Assembly (NCBI GenBank): GCA_964276515.1
Contig: OZ193910.1
Span: forward strand, 1,178,001 to 1,242,000
Origin: Gordius albopunctatus
Lineage: Eukaryota
Direction of reading: 5' to 3'
DNA: 64,000 bases
Under the pieces are notes generated by a model. The model ran no database searches. It was given only the letters and a program-made list of their open reading frames with translations, and was not told the DNA's origin. Of this stretch, positions 1 through 12,200 are shown one piece after another. Made by a program: the position numbers and the translations under genes. Every line of letters begins with the position of its first letter. The stretch's first letter is position 1.

Positions 1-62
1 GAAAAATTAAAAACGCTTTCGGACCGGGTCGGGTTGAAAAAAAGTGACTTTGCAGGGCTCTA
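1..62. mobile_element. End of a hAT-like MITE (cgggt-rich family)
   Basis: gggtcgggttgaaaaaaagtgactttgcagggctcta matches the right end of the intact element at 62265-62919. Confidence 0.7.
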
Positions 63-154
63 GTGTACCATCCATTTTTTAGTTCGTTAAAATATTCTCC
101 ACGTCAATCAAAATGTCAATCATATAAATTCATTTTTATAGCAAAAAAATTTCT

Positions 155-365
155 TATTGGCTGATTTAACGTCAATCAATTATTTTGTATTAAGGTTTGT
201 AAACTATAATAAACAAATTCAATTAATTTATATAATTATAAGAATTTTTTATAAAATTTATTTTTATTTGGCTGATTTAACGTCAATCAATTATTTTGTA
301 TTGATAAATCATTTTGTATTAAGTTTTTTAAACTATAATAAACAAATTCAATTCAATTAATTTAT
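155..365. repeat. Local direct duplication, about 110-bp unit
   Basis: ttggctgatttaacgtcaatcaattattttgtatt...aactataataaacaaattcaatt occurs twice. Confidence 0.8.
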
Positions 366-375
366 ATGTATTAAC

Positions 376-510
376 ATGAGCGTAGACAGGTTTTGGATTG
401 GGGGGGGGGGGCAAAATGTAATTTTTTTAATTTTTAAGGGTTTTTGCACTTAAAATTTTTTCTTTCGCCATTTAGGGGGGTGGGGGGCAGCCCCCCTTGC
501 TACGCCCATG
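376..510. mobile_element. Short MITE, CATGGGCGTAGC...GCTACGCCCATG family (other copies near 6447, 9633, 15540, 39737, 44680, 50084, 50707, 51818)
   Basis: Terminal inverted repeats catgagcgtag / ctacgcccatg with a G-run body, repeated many times in the window. Confidence 0.75.
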
Positions 511-759
511 AAAAGCATGTTTTGTCAAAGATCAATATTAGACATTGGAATAAGAATAATGTAATTTATTTGAAGCAAATGTAAAGTAAAAACAGTATAA
601 ATAAAAAAATTGTAACAATTAAAAATATTTGATAAACAACTATCATAAATATAATTAAAAAATTTAAATTGTGTTGAATATATAATGCGTGAGTATCTTT
701 GGGATAATTAAGTGGGTAAGAAACCCATTTTTGATATTGCAATGAAAATACAATGCATG

Positions 760-1290
760 TATAGGAATATTAAATGCATAAGAAAATATCAATATGCAAT
801 GATGCAGCTCTGGGGTGTATTTATCAATCTTGGATGTATCTTTTTGACACATACTACAGCCATTTAAATATGCTGTGACATCCTCAGTAAAATGAGGACA
901 CCAATACCTATTTTTTATATTATTTAGTTTGCATAAAATTATAACCAGTACTTTTCACTAATCTAGGTCCTTGTACGGTTTATTCCAATATGTGACCCAA
1001 AACTTTGGCCTACAATAGTTGCTTCCCTACCATTGTGATACAAAGTAAGGATCTCTGTTTCTTTTCCTCAGGATCCATAACTACCCTTAAATCCTTCTCT
1101 AACAAAATAAAAAAGTGTAACTTTAAGTACCTGTTTTCTGGTTGCAGTTTTTTTACAAACAGAAAATTTCCTTTAACATAGTAATCATTTAATTTCCTCT
1201 AACAAAATAAGTTCTTTGTTTACGTGTAAAAATTTCTGGTATAGTTCCATTAACAAATATTCTTTAATGTCACTAAAACAATATTCTGCT
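760..1290 (-). pseudogene. Degenerate Ginger/GIN-like (Gypsy-type) integrase N-terminal H2C2 zinc-binding region with spliceosomal introns
   Basis: Spliced and frameshift-corrected reading gives ...VVMDPEEKK/EILTLYHNG...SHIGINRTRT*ISEKYW-YWCPHFTEDVTAYLNGCSMCQK, an integrase HHCC motif. GT-AG introns at about 908-945 and 1099-1130. It has an in-frame stop and a frameshift. Confidence 0.65.
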
Positions 1291-1354
1291 ATTTTATAAA
1301 ATTTAAGAAACATATAGCAATCTGATATTATAATATAACAACTATTTGAAATAT

Positions 1355-1507
1355 TAAGTGTAACACCATTAACTTACTAATAAATATGTTTAAATTTTAT
1401 ATATTCAGATAATAAAATTCTAAGTGTAACATCAATATCTGGCTAATAAATATGTTTAAATTTCATATATTCAGATAATAAAATTCTAAGTGCAACATCA
1501 ATAACTT
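1355..1507. repeat. Tandem repeat, about 66-bp unit, about 2.3 copies
   Basis: taagtgtaaca...ctaataaatatgtttaaattt.atatattcagataataaaattc repeated. Confidence 0.8.
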
Positions 1508-3286
1508 AAATGTTACATTAATAACTTACTGCTGGACACAAGTTGAGTTGATACAAATTTCACAGTGATTTTAACAAATTTTTTTCAATCACGTTATCAT
1601 AAAAGACACATGATATGTCAAAAACATATCATTTCGTGGTTTCAACCAATGAGAATGCGTATTTCACGTGGAGACGGATTCTGATGGAGACACTTTCTCG
1701 CGTTATATGCGTTGTGTACGCGTATACAAGGGGGGGGGGGAGTAACACAGACGTAAGGGAAATTAGATGGGGAGGAAAGGAGGTAATCCACCCACAGTAT
1801 ACCACACAAAGATTTGTGGATTTAAGCTTGCTTAGTTGAGAGGGCACCCACGAATTCGATATTCATGAGGGCCATTTGGACGTGTTATCGAAAATTGTTG
1901 CCAGGGTACTTCACATTCGATCTTGTTGATTTAGGTGTCAATGTCAGCCTCCATTAGCATAGAAAAAGGGGAGTGAAGGAGGGCAGAGAGGGGAAGAGCG
2001 AAGTAATTAAGTACAAACATATATCAAGATTTTATATAAGTGTCGGGAAATTCTTTGAAAGCTAGTCCTTCTTGCCAGATAGTTATTGGGATAATACCGT
2101 TATGGTAGGTGGAGGGGTGGGAAGGGGAATGACTGAAACAATAGCACTATAGAAGAGACAAAGAATTGAACGCTAGACTAAGAGTGTGAGTAAAAGTCCA
2201 AAAAATTTGAGGGATAAATAGAGCTAAGCAAGGGAAAGCTTGAAGAAATTGAATAAAGTAATTTGGGATCGGTTTCGTGTTCGACTTGGTAGGCCAACTC
2301 GATCCCAAGCTCGAAGGTCAAATATTGTTAAAGTATAAATTTCCTTCACAAAATTTTGCATTTGGGCATAATTTAGATTATATAAAGTTTTCTTTAAACG
2401 ACCGATATCCAAATTTCCTATATGTGGCATGCAATCCTCATGAAATATAAAGGAATTTGATCTAAGATTGCGTAAAATAGCCCTCTATCAATGCTAACAT
2501 CAATTTATGTTTTAATAAAACCTACATATAAGATATATATATTAAAAAACCAGAACTTTTTAATCAACCTATTTATCTTGGTTATTAATGATTCATAACA
2601 ATTGTATAGATATCATAAGATAAGTTTGTAATGTAAATTTGCATAAAAAATGAATGTGAAATAAATAAAATAGAAACAAAATAAAACAATAATTTCGTGC
2701 TCGAACAAATTGAAATAAGGATATCTGACTCGGCCCATAGAAAATTTATATTGCATGGCTTAGCAACCATCAATTAAAAAATGTATGATAATAGTCTTAC
2801 AAATTATAGTGATGAGGGACAAGATGATATATGGATGATAATTAGATTTTTTGTGAGCGTTCTTAAACAAAATATTTTTCGAAGCATTTTGTAACCCTAT
2901 TATACATTTGGCTATTTAAGACAAAGAAGTAGGAATTATTTATATTTCCTTTTGTTTGTTTATAAGGCTATTCTTAATGAGCGGGGGGGGGGGTTAATCC
3001 TAAAAGATTCACTTTAAATAGTGAGAAACATTATAAACTGTAATGGCCACGATTTGGCGTTGGCTTTCTATTAGTAATATAGGGGTGGAATCCTATTTTA
3101 GGACATATGATTGAAGGTGAGGGTTGTCATTCAAAGTGTTTTTTGGCTAGACGGCATATGTGAATTGAGACCAATGAAAAGATTGCAAAAGTATAAAAAT
3201 TTCAATTCTTACCATGTACGTAGCCAGAAAATAGAAAGAAATAGAGGGGGTCGGACAAAGGTTTAAAATTTGGAGAGGGTGGTAAA

Positions 3287-4971
3287 TAGACCCTTGCACG
3301 GGTCCGGCCTATTTTACATGATTTATATAATTTTACCTATACCCTACTATATTGTAATTAAATAAATTTACACTTGCTTTTTATTATAAACTTTCTACTT
3401 TTTAATACGTTATAATATTCAATTATATCCAAAAAGATGTATTTTTACGTTAAAAAATTAAATTAACATTATATTTTTTAATTTAAATACCTAAGATTGG
3501 TGTCTTATTTATATCGTAAGTTGGCTGCATCATAATTGAGTTGAGTAAGATTCATTAAATTGTTATATAAAGATTAAAATTAATGAATGAATAGATCTCA
3601 TTCTAGTGCCATCTTGTTAAAAATTTTGACAAATTGTTTATCAAATTAGCCCTCATCTGGCTTGTCATATATAGATAGGTATGAGGACAAACACAAGATT
3701 TCTCTTTCTTTCTGAGACCTGGGATGCTACTAGATAAATAATATAAGTTTACTATTAGTTGAAAAATACATATTTAATGAAGATGAATGAAATAAATAAA
3801 AAAGGTAAGTAGTATAAATATAAAAAAATACCTCTATGCCTTGTGTCCATTTAAATAGTAACTATGGAAATCCGTTTTGTTTTATAACTCTCCAATTTTA
3901 GAATTTTATTTATTAAGAACTCTTGCTGTTAGGTCCTCCCCCCCCAAAAAAGGGAGGCCAATGTTTTTCGCGTTAAATTAGACTATAATTATCGATACGA
4001 AAAGAATTCAATAATAATAAACCATAACGTAATAATCCGTAACGAAGGGTAACAAAATTGATAATGATAATGGTAACAAAATCGATAAGATAAAATGGTA
4101 ATATTGGAAAATTAGAATGATTCATTACAATTTACGCATATTACTGGAAAAATAATTAAACAGGTGCAAGCATAGATAAGTAAAAATCATTAAGCGGGTG
4201 CAAAGACACCACAGTAACATCCAGTATTTGTGGAGTATTGGTAGGGACACGTATTAAAGGGTGTCTATAGTTGTATTATTAGTTGTCGTCATATTGAAAT
4301 TCTTTTTTTCATTTTAAGACCTAAATTTAATGTACAAATTAATTTAAAAATTTTATAATTTAACCACTTATCCGATTTTAAGCATTTTACCAATTCTCAC
4401 TTATAAGTAGATTTAACCTAAATTTTAGGCAAGGTGTTCAAAAAATTGCGGTTATTTATTATTTATAAATATTACCATTTATTCGATTCTCACTGTATTA
4501 AATAACTATCTTTGTAATGCGAACATTATATAGCTTCCAAACTTCAGATTTTCCCCCCTAATATTGTAATATGCCTAAAATTGCAAATATTATTCTAGTA
4601 CTTTAATAGATTCATAGAAGCTACTACTACTTTAGAAATAAGATAAGTAGATATTTCAAAATGTTTTTTATTTGGAATTGTTAAAAATATATTTTCTAAT
4701 AGATTTTTAGTTTTAAATGATTAACTGAACAAATTGTAACGAGTGAAAATGGATTTTCTGTTTCAAACTTATTTTAGTTGTAAATTAAGAGTAATAACAA
4801 TCGAATGCATTTTATATTTAGATGGTAAAATAATATTCAAAAATATTATTTTTTTGAAAGCTGTATTTGAAAATTCGGGTCAGGCTCGGGCTCGGGTCGG
4901 GCTAAAAATTAAAAAGTCCGTCCGGAATAGGGCAAGGCACGGGCCGAGGAAATTTCATTTGCAGGTTTCTA
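3287..4971. mobile_element. Probable hAT-like non-autonomous element (tagacccttgca...tgcaggtttcta ends)
   Basis: Ends resemble those of 62265-62919. Segment 4520-4680 recurs at 61240-61395. No clear TSD. Confidence 0.45.
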
Positions 4972-5024
4972 TCAATGGGTTTACGATGCAAAAAAGCTAC
5001 TACGGCCTTTTACCAGCTGTTTTA

Positions 5025-7707
5025 ATGAACGCTCGCTCTCATTCTATTGAAATTGTAAGGTATTAAGCATAAAAGAAATATAATTAAATTAAGGAATTAG
5101 AGTGCCAACAATTAGAAGATGCCTTACTTAGTAAATAAATATTACATCAAATTTTAAAAAAATAGGTCTTTTTCACACCCTCCTATTTCACCGCTCAACT
5201 GGAAAAGTAAATACAAGTGTTATATATAAATTTCTTTAGTTTCAATATAAACAAGAACATAGCTATAGCGTGGGATCAATTGGCATAGTTGATGTTGATT
5301 GTGATACTATTGATTTTACATATGTAATTTATTATAATATAAACAAAATTTAAATTTATAGGTAAGAATAGCATCTGATGAATTACATCAACGACTGCTT
5401 AAAGAAATACAATTATTTATTGATTTTATCAATGCTAATAAATCATTATCAAATGGAGAGGTCTTTAAAAACAATTAATTTTTTATATAGAAAATTTTAT
5501 AATTTATCTATTACAATATGTTTTATTTTGGGCTAAAATTTTTAAAAATGCTATGATAATAGATTTCTTTGACATTCTATCAAAAGAAACCAGGTAGGTG
5601 GCCTTTTCCTGCAGAATTTAACCCATGGGAAATATGGAATATCAAATTAAATTTGCTTTCTTTGGAATATGATAATGGTATGTTTATATTTTGTCACTTT
5701 ATTTATTTAATATAAAAGATAGTATTATAAAGGTATAAAGTCTTATAATTTTTTTCCTAACTATTGTTATATAAATATTTATTTCTACAAAACTAGAAGT
5801 CTTTATTAAAGTTGCATGGCAGTAATTAAAATTTGCTTATACTCAAATTTGTGGCACTCCTACATCAAATTAATTATAAAGGGTAAGAGTTGGAAAAACA
5901 TATGACATTTTCATTAATTAGCCAAGATATTTAAGAAAGAGTGATCTTGAATTAATTTTATTCTGTTTAAGCCAATACTACACCCACTAGGAAAATATAG
6001 ATAAAACTTACCTACCTACAACCTATTTGTTTATTTCCATTATTCAAATAATGTTTATATAAGATCGAGTCAAGCAGCATGAAAAATTGAGCGAAACCCT
6101 GTCTCAGAGGATATTGTATATGATGGAAGCTGTTAGTAAGGAAGATTATGCCCCTAAAATGCCTAATCGTACTAATTTGCACACCATATTTGACACAACC
6201 TATACTGAAATTCAGCCTTACCTCTTCAAAGTATTTGCTTGCTCTACCTATTGAACCATTTGCCCCCCCCCCCATAAAATCATTAGCTTTTCTGAAGGAT
6301 TGAGAGAATTAACAATTCCAGTTGGTCAGGTGACGTGCCCCTTAGACCCAGCACTATTAAACAATTTAGGGAGGAGTCTTTACTGTTTTTTTTATTATGG
6401 ATTTAACATAAAAACAGTAAATCATAAAATTATTAATACATCAATACATGGGCATAGCCAGTATTAGAATTACAAGTGGGCAATAATGATATATATATAT
6501 ATATATATATATAGGGGCAAAATGAACATTTTTTGAAATTATAGCCATAATTTTAGTAAATTTCAACAAATTTAGTTCTATTATTGTTTATATACATAAA
6601 TTTTTTAGGCATTTTGTCTAGGTTGTTGCTTTGTATCAGATGATTGCGAACCTGCCTGAATAATTCCATGCAAATTAATGATGACCATTATCTAATTTCT
6701 CTGACCTCGGCCAAAATTCATTTTTTATTTTTGTGCCTGCAGTTTTTGGCATTTATGGCATCTTAGCTCAAATATACATGTTCCCTGCAAAAAATTAATT
6801 TTTTGCCTGAAAATAATGATAACCATTCTTAATATTTGTCACTTTTTTGTGTGGGCGACTAACTTTTAGGCCAAAAATATATATTTCTCCGACTCCTTTC
6901 TTAGAGTTTGACCATTGCCCCCTCCCCTTTTTCATAGGCATATCCACCCTTTCCCTTCTCGCCCATAGATTGCATACCAAATGTGCTACCTTTATACGGA
7001 GTATGCCCAGAACTAGGCCCATGTCCCTAAGCGAAGGCTCCAAGCCTGACCCTCGGCGGGGTGCTAGGGACCCAGTCCCCAACATCTCTGCCCCCACCAG
7101 GGGCCAAGGCCCTTCATTTTATCCAACGACATATATAAGCATTAGGGGGTCTTCCATATATATTTATAAAATTGGTTTAAAAAGCAGTTGTTAGTTCTCC
7201 TTGCTACAATATTAAAAGTGTACCCGCTAGAGAAAAATACTTCTCTAAGATAAAAATGATACTTGTTCAATCGATATTACCTTTGGTAACTTGGGTGCCA
7301 TAATAGGCTTGTAAAGGGTTTAAGTGACATTTGCAAAGTATTGACAACCTACGTGAAATTGCATCAGAAGAACAGTTAACATTAACACAATGCTTATTAT
7401 CATGATTAATGACATCAGAATTTTTTGATCCTTATAATTGAAATCTTATATTCGAATAAGATAAAAATGGATTTGCTAACTTAGCATAATGCAGTTAGTC
7501 TTTAAAGGTTTAGTATAAAATTTACTCGCATAGCCCGCGATTTAATAAGGGAGCTCTTTAAAATTAGTATTACAAATATAACACACCTATCATGTACATT
7601 CATTCAATGAAAATATCAAATAGATTAACTTTCGAAATTGCTCATCGGATAATGTTACTGTTGGGACTACCGTCAAAAAACTCTTAAAAGAAACGCTCGC
7701 TATGTAA
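5025..7707 (+). CDS. ATG101: Autophagy-related protein 101, 8 exons
   Basis: Exons 5025-5054, 5094-5130, 5166-5206, 5240-5323, 5362-5460, 5563-5677, 6064-6230, 7624-7707 splice in frame: [67 protein letters not shown]...[21 protein letters not shown]...PKMP...IQPYLFK...KLLKETLAM*. These match ATG101 motifs. Confidence 0.95.
6600..7120 (+). mobile_element. DINE-1/Helentron-like non-autonomous element (partial) in the last ATG101 intron
   Basis: Homologous to 47620-48130. Has a degenerate subTIR cccatagattgcataccaaat and a 3' hairpin gggccaaggccc followed by Ts. Confidence 0.55.
7130..7430 (-). pseudogene. Highly decayed hAT transposase C-terminal dimerization-domain-like remnant
   Basis: Broken frames NPLQAYY... 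and [18 protein letters not shown] resemble the hATC SERVFSxAGxIVxxRR motif. Confidence 0.3.
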
Positions 7708-9215
7708 AGATTACTTCGCTTTTCCAGAATGCTTGTTGTGATTTATTGTGTCAAAAGTTCTTTGACCCCATTTCTCAAGCAGACGATAATAATTGTAACG
7801 GTTCATTGGAAAATTTGAATAATGTATCAATCACTCGCAATATTATATCTCCTTTAAACCACTAACCTTATTTACGGCACTATATATTAAAATGAGTATT
7901 TAACTAAATGCCAATCTTACCTATTGTATCAATAGTTATATTTCTTAAATTATTTATTATATAAAATATAGGAAACGAATTTGTAAATTAGAGTAATAAA
8001 GAAGTATTTATCATATTTGTGATTAGACAAAGGCCATGTATTAGAGTTAAAAACGATTTTATGACGCAAAGGCATCTTTTAATTCAAATTGTTGAAAATT
8101 TTCAAGTCTATCTTGGTTCGCCTGCCTTACCTTGTGTGATCTGCAAAAATTCCGGCCAAAATAAGTTTTGAATTCTAAAGCATATATTAATGGTTTATAT
8201 AAATGACACAACTTGGCTTAATTCAACATTTTTGATTTATAGGTGTCGAAAATGTAGACATTTCTAATAGTATGAATTTTTACATTTTCAAAAATGTCAG
8301 AATACAGATGTAAAATCAGCATGCTATGGCGTAAGCTTCAACGCCGCCTTCTCCGACCCCTTGTCCCCTCGCCGCCACCCCCCTTAAGATTATCGGCCAT
8401 TTTGTGAATCCCGGGTTTACCTAAAGTTCTTTTTAAAGAACACTTGCTATTTATCTAAAATGGTCCTGGCTGATACCTGCTCAAGGTCAAACCACTTCTG
8501 TGGCGCCATTTCTTTGTCGCAACCAAAGATTTATTATCATAAATAGATCTTTCATATGATTTTTTAGTACCGTAGCGCTGAGCATGTTTCATTAGATGTT
8601 TGGAAAAGGTTGAAGAATTGATGCTTGTCGAAATTAGGATAAGCACTCTTTGTAAATCATATTATAAAGTGTGAAGATTTTAGCGTGAGAGGTGAAGAAC
8701 CGACCCCCACCCCCGACCCGAAAGCGTTTCAAATTTGGTACCCGACGCGAGAGTAAGTACAATTGCGGTGTGTACAATCGACAAATTAAAGTGCGATTCA
8801 TAAAACTAATTGATACCAGAGGTTTTGACTACTAAATTCATCTGAATGATGTATGAATATGATATCATTTCTACACTATACACTTTAAAAATGTTATTTT
8901 GTTGATAAATTTGTCCTTTCACGAGTCAAAAAATCAAACAATCAGATACTATTCACTACTGCTTCAGTAACAACTCCGTCACATATAACATAATAATAAT
9001 ATAATTGCATTAATAATAATGATAGTAGGCACATAAATAAGGACGCGTAACAGTATTTAATGGTTATAGTGTTGAAAAACCGGGGCTGGGACTTTTGTTT
9101 GCTCCGACCCATGGTCTAAACCCAGCCGGTTTTACAACACTGGGTGGGCGGTAATCGCTTTTTTGCAATGGATCGTGATTGCGTCGAGGGTAATACAAAG
9201 TGCGATCGCTATATA

Positions 9216-12200
9216 TCAAATATTAAAAAGTGTCGAATTGGCGACGGTCTTATTCGTGATTATTATTGGTGATATAGCTTCTGTAGTTGTACTAAGCGTT
9301 TTCACTTTTTTCACACCATTTTCATCACCTTGAGACTGCAAAATATTTCTCCCGGCAACAACAGCGGCCCCCCGAGGTGGTGGTGGTGATGAAGTCTTTT
9401 CCATTTCATTAGTGAGAACCTTCTTGCCAAGACTTAAATTGTTGAGCGTCAAGATGGGTCCAAACACTTTACTATCGTTAGGAGGAGGACCAATTAAGTA
9501 ACCCAAGCCTTTAGGCGTTGTTAAGGGATCTGCCATCATATAAATTTATTCAAAATATTTTTATATCAAAAAAATTTCGTAAATTGCCTAAATTTTTGCA
9601 TCCTAAATATCAAAAACCTAGCCCGTGAGCACATGAGCTAGCCAGCATCGGAGTTAGAGGGGGGCAATAATGATTTAGGGAGGGGAAATCGATCATTTTT
9701 TAAAATTTGGCCATAATTTTAATAAATTGAAACAAGTATTTGGATTTAGAAGGGGGCAGGCGCCCCTTTCTGCCTCCCCCCCCCCGGCTACACCCATGGA
9801 TTAACATAGCATTATACATATCGAACGATACCAAAAATAGGATCGGGCTCGGAAAAATAAATTTGTAACACATATATTCCTATCCAGGAGCGATATAAAC
9901 GACGCGTTGTAATCAAGGAATCTCTGTAAGAGGCATAATAGTTTGATTAAACGTGAAAATTGTTTAGATAGTCGATCTCGGATCGGGCTAATTTTTTGTG
10001 AGGGTGCGGTCCTCATGCAAAATGATAATTTCCTTAAAATAATGCTGTAAAAGCGGCTGGGGGGGGGGCTTTTGTTTGGTCGACTATACATAAACGGACC
10101 AAAGGTCTTTGGTCAAAGCTCTTTTAGCAATTTTGGGCCAATAATTTTTGAGTTATGGACGACGCTAAAATGGCCAAAATCAGGATATAACCCTTAAGGT
10201 TATTCAAACAACAGTACTAACCCTTCGGTATAATTCTATCCCGGGTCGTATCATTTTGCATGTCGGGAGTTTTCGTGAGGGCATGGGGAACCGAAGTTAT
10301 CTTTAGCCCAAAATTATGAGATCGATCATTTTGCGTGGCTGGATCGCTATTGTTGAAAGGAATGTAATTTGCTGTACCCACGATCATAACTAGGATCCCA
10401 ATGATAAACAGTGCCTGTGAAGTCAAAGAAGTAATATCATTTTTTGACAACTTTTTAAATCAAACACCCCACTCCAAAACGTCATTGTCATGCATACATG
10501 AGCGATGCACGAGCTGAACAATCCGTATAAGGAAGTCACACAAGATACGAGGAAGCAGCGAGCCCTAGATCGATAATTGGCCCCGAAAAGCGGGCTACGA
10601 AGATTGGGTTGGTAGGGAAATAGAGCAAGGGGATAGAGCAAAACAATGCTAAGCCCGAAAGAAGTAGCAGAGAAAAGCAAGGATACAACAAAACCGGGTT
10701 ATAAATAACGAATTGGCCCAAGAAACGTAGCGGAGAATTAGAACTGTGAGCAGAAGATTCGAAAATCCTTGGGAGTGAAGAGCCATTCATCAAAAGTTGG
10801 CGCGGAAAAATGGGTCGAAAAAGGAAAGAAGTTTCAAGGATAAAAATACAAGCCAGAAAGATTAAACCTATATAAGCCCCATGAAAATCGATACACACCA
10901 GGACGTTGGGTTTCGAACGTTTCTCCCCCTTTTCACGAAGAGAACCAAAATTTTCCCCCTGTGAAAACCTAAATAAATTATTGTTCCCCGATTCGTTTTA
11001 TTATTTGGAGTGAATTCGGAAACAATAAACTAATAAACTTACAAACAAACCCCAGTCTATAAGGCAAAAGTATGCCCAGAGCCAGTACAAAAAATTAGAC
11101 AGCACAGAATGGAAATTAAAGGTCAGCTAAAGAGGATGTAACAGTTTCCCCGTCTGCCTATAGTACTTCTCATTTTCCGAGATAAAAAAACATAACACTT
11201 GGGTCACATTAGTTGATAACAGACCCGTAAAGGGGTCTCTCCTATTGTTATTTTACCATCATAAGAATTCGTTATAAAAAATCCTGCGTCAAGAGCTCAG
11301 GACGGCACAGTCGATGAGCGGTTAAACGGTATATATGTGATTCAAGCAAGTATAAACCCTGAAATTCTCATTTAAAGGAGGGGCCCTTGTGGTCATAAAA
11401 TATACACCTCTTATTGCTTTACCCTATGAATTACCTATATCCATTAACATATTTATAAAAAATTTCCAGAGCACGTACGTAGTGATGATCAAAACCTAGG
11501 TTTGTACAACCCAAACCTAAGGTTTGGGTTAAGGTTGGAAAAAGACCTTTAAGGTCTTTCAGATTCCCTAACCCAAAACTGGGGTGGAACCCCAAAAAGA
11601 CCTTAAAAACCTTAAGGTCTTTTATACACCCAAACCTTAACCCGGGGTTGGGGTTAGGTTGACCTGGGGCTAATGTTTTGAAGTATAGGCGTGAAATAAG
11701 AGTATATTATATTTTAGATATGAATATATTTATATTTTAATGAAGAAATGAATTTTTTTTTAATATTTTAATTTATAATAAATAGAAAATGATTTTTTTA
11801 TTATTATTCATTTAATTTCATAATATAATCTTGGGGTAAATTAATTAAAAAATAATATTGGGTTATTGTTTTAGCCCCATCTAGCTTGTAATTAAATTCG
11901 CCATGCCATCCCTGTCTCGTTCTCGCGCATGCTAATGCTAATATTATACACTATCCCTACCTACCCCCACCCCATTCCCCAACACAACCTAATACTTGGG
12001 GTGTCTTAGGTTGTTACCTAATACACCCCAACACACCCCAACGTTGTATGTATATTATATGTACATGCACGATTGCGTTGCGCTTCTACTTAATGTTGTT
12101 GCTTAATAAAAATATAAGGGGGGGGGAAGGGATTTTAATCAATTTAATTTATTAAATTGATTAAAATCAATAAATACATTAATTGATTCTAAAAAATTTT

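Noticed and set aside
1600..2480. Possible decayed LINE 3' end and short ORFs
   Set aside because: No RT motif can be read convincingly.
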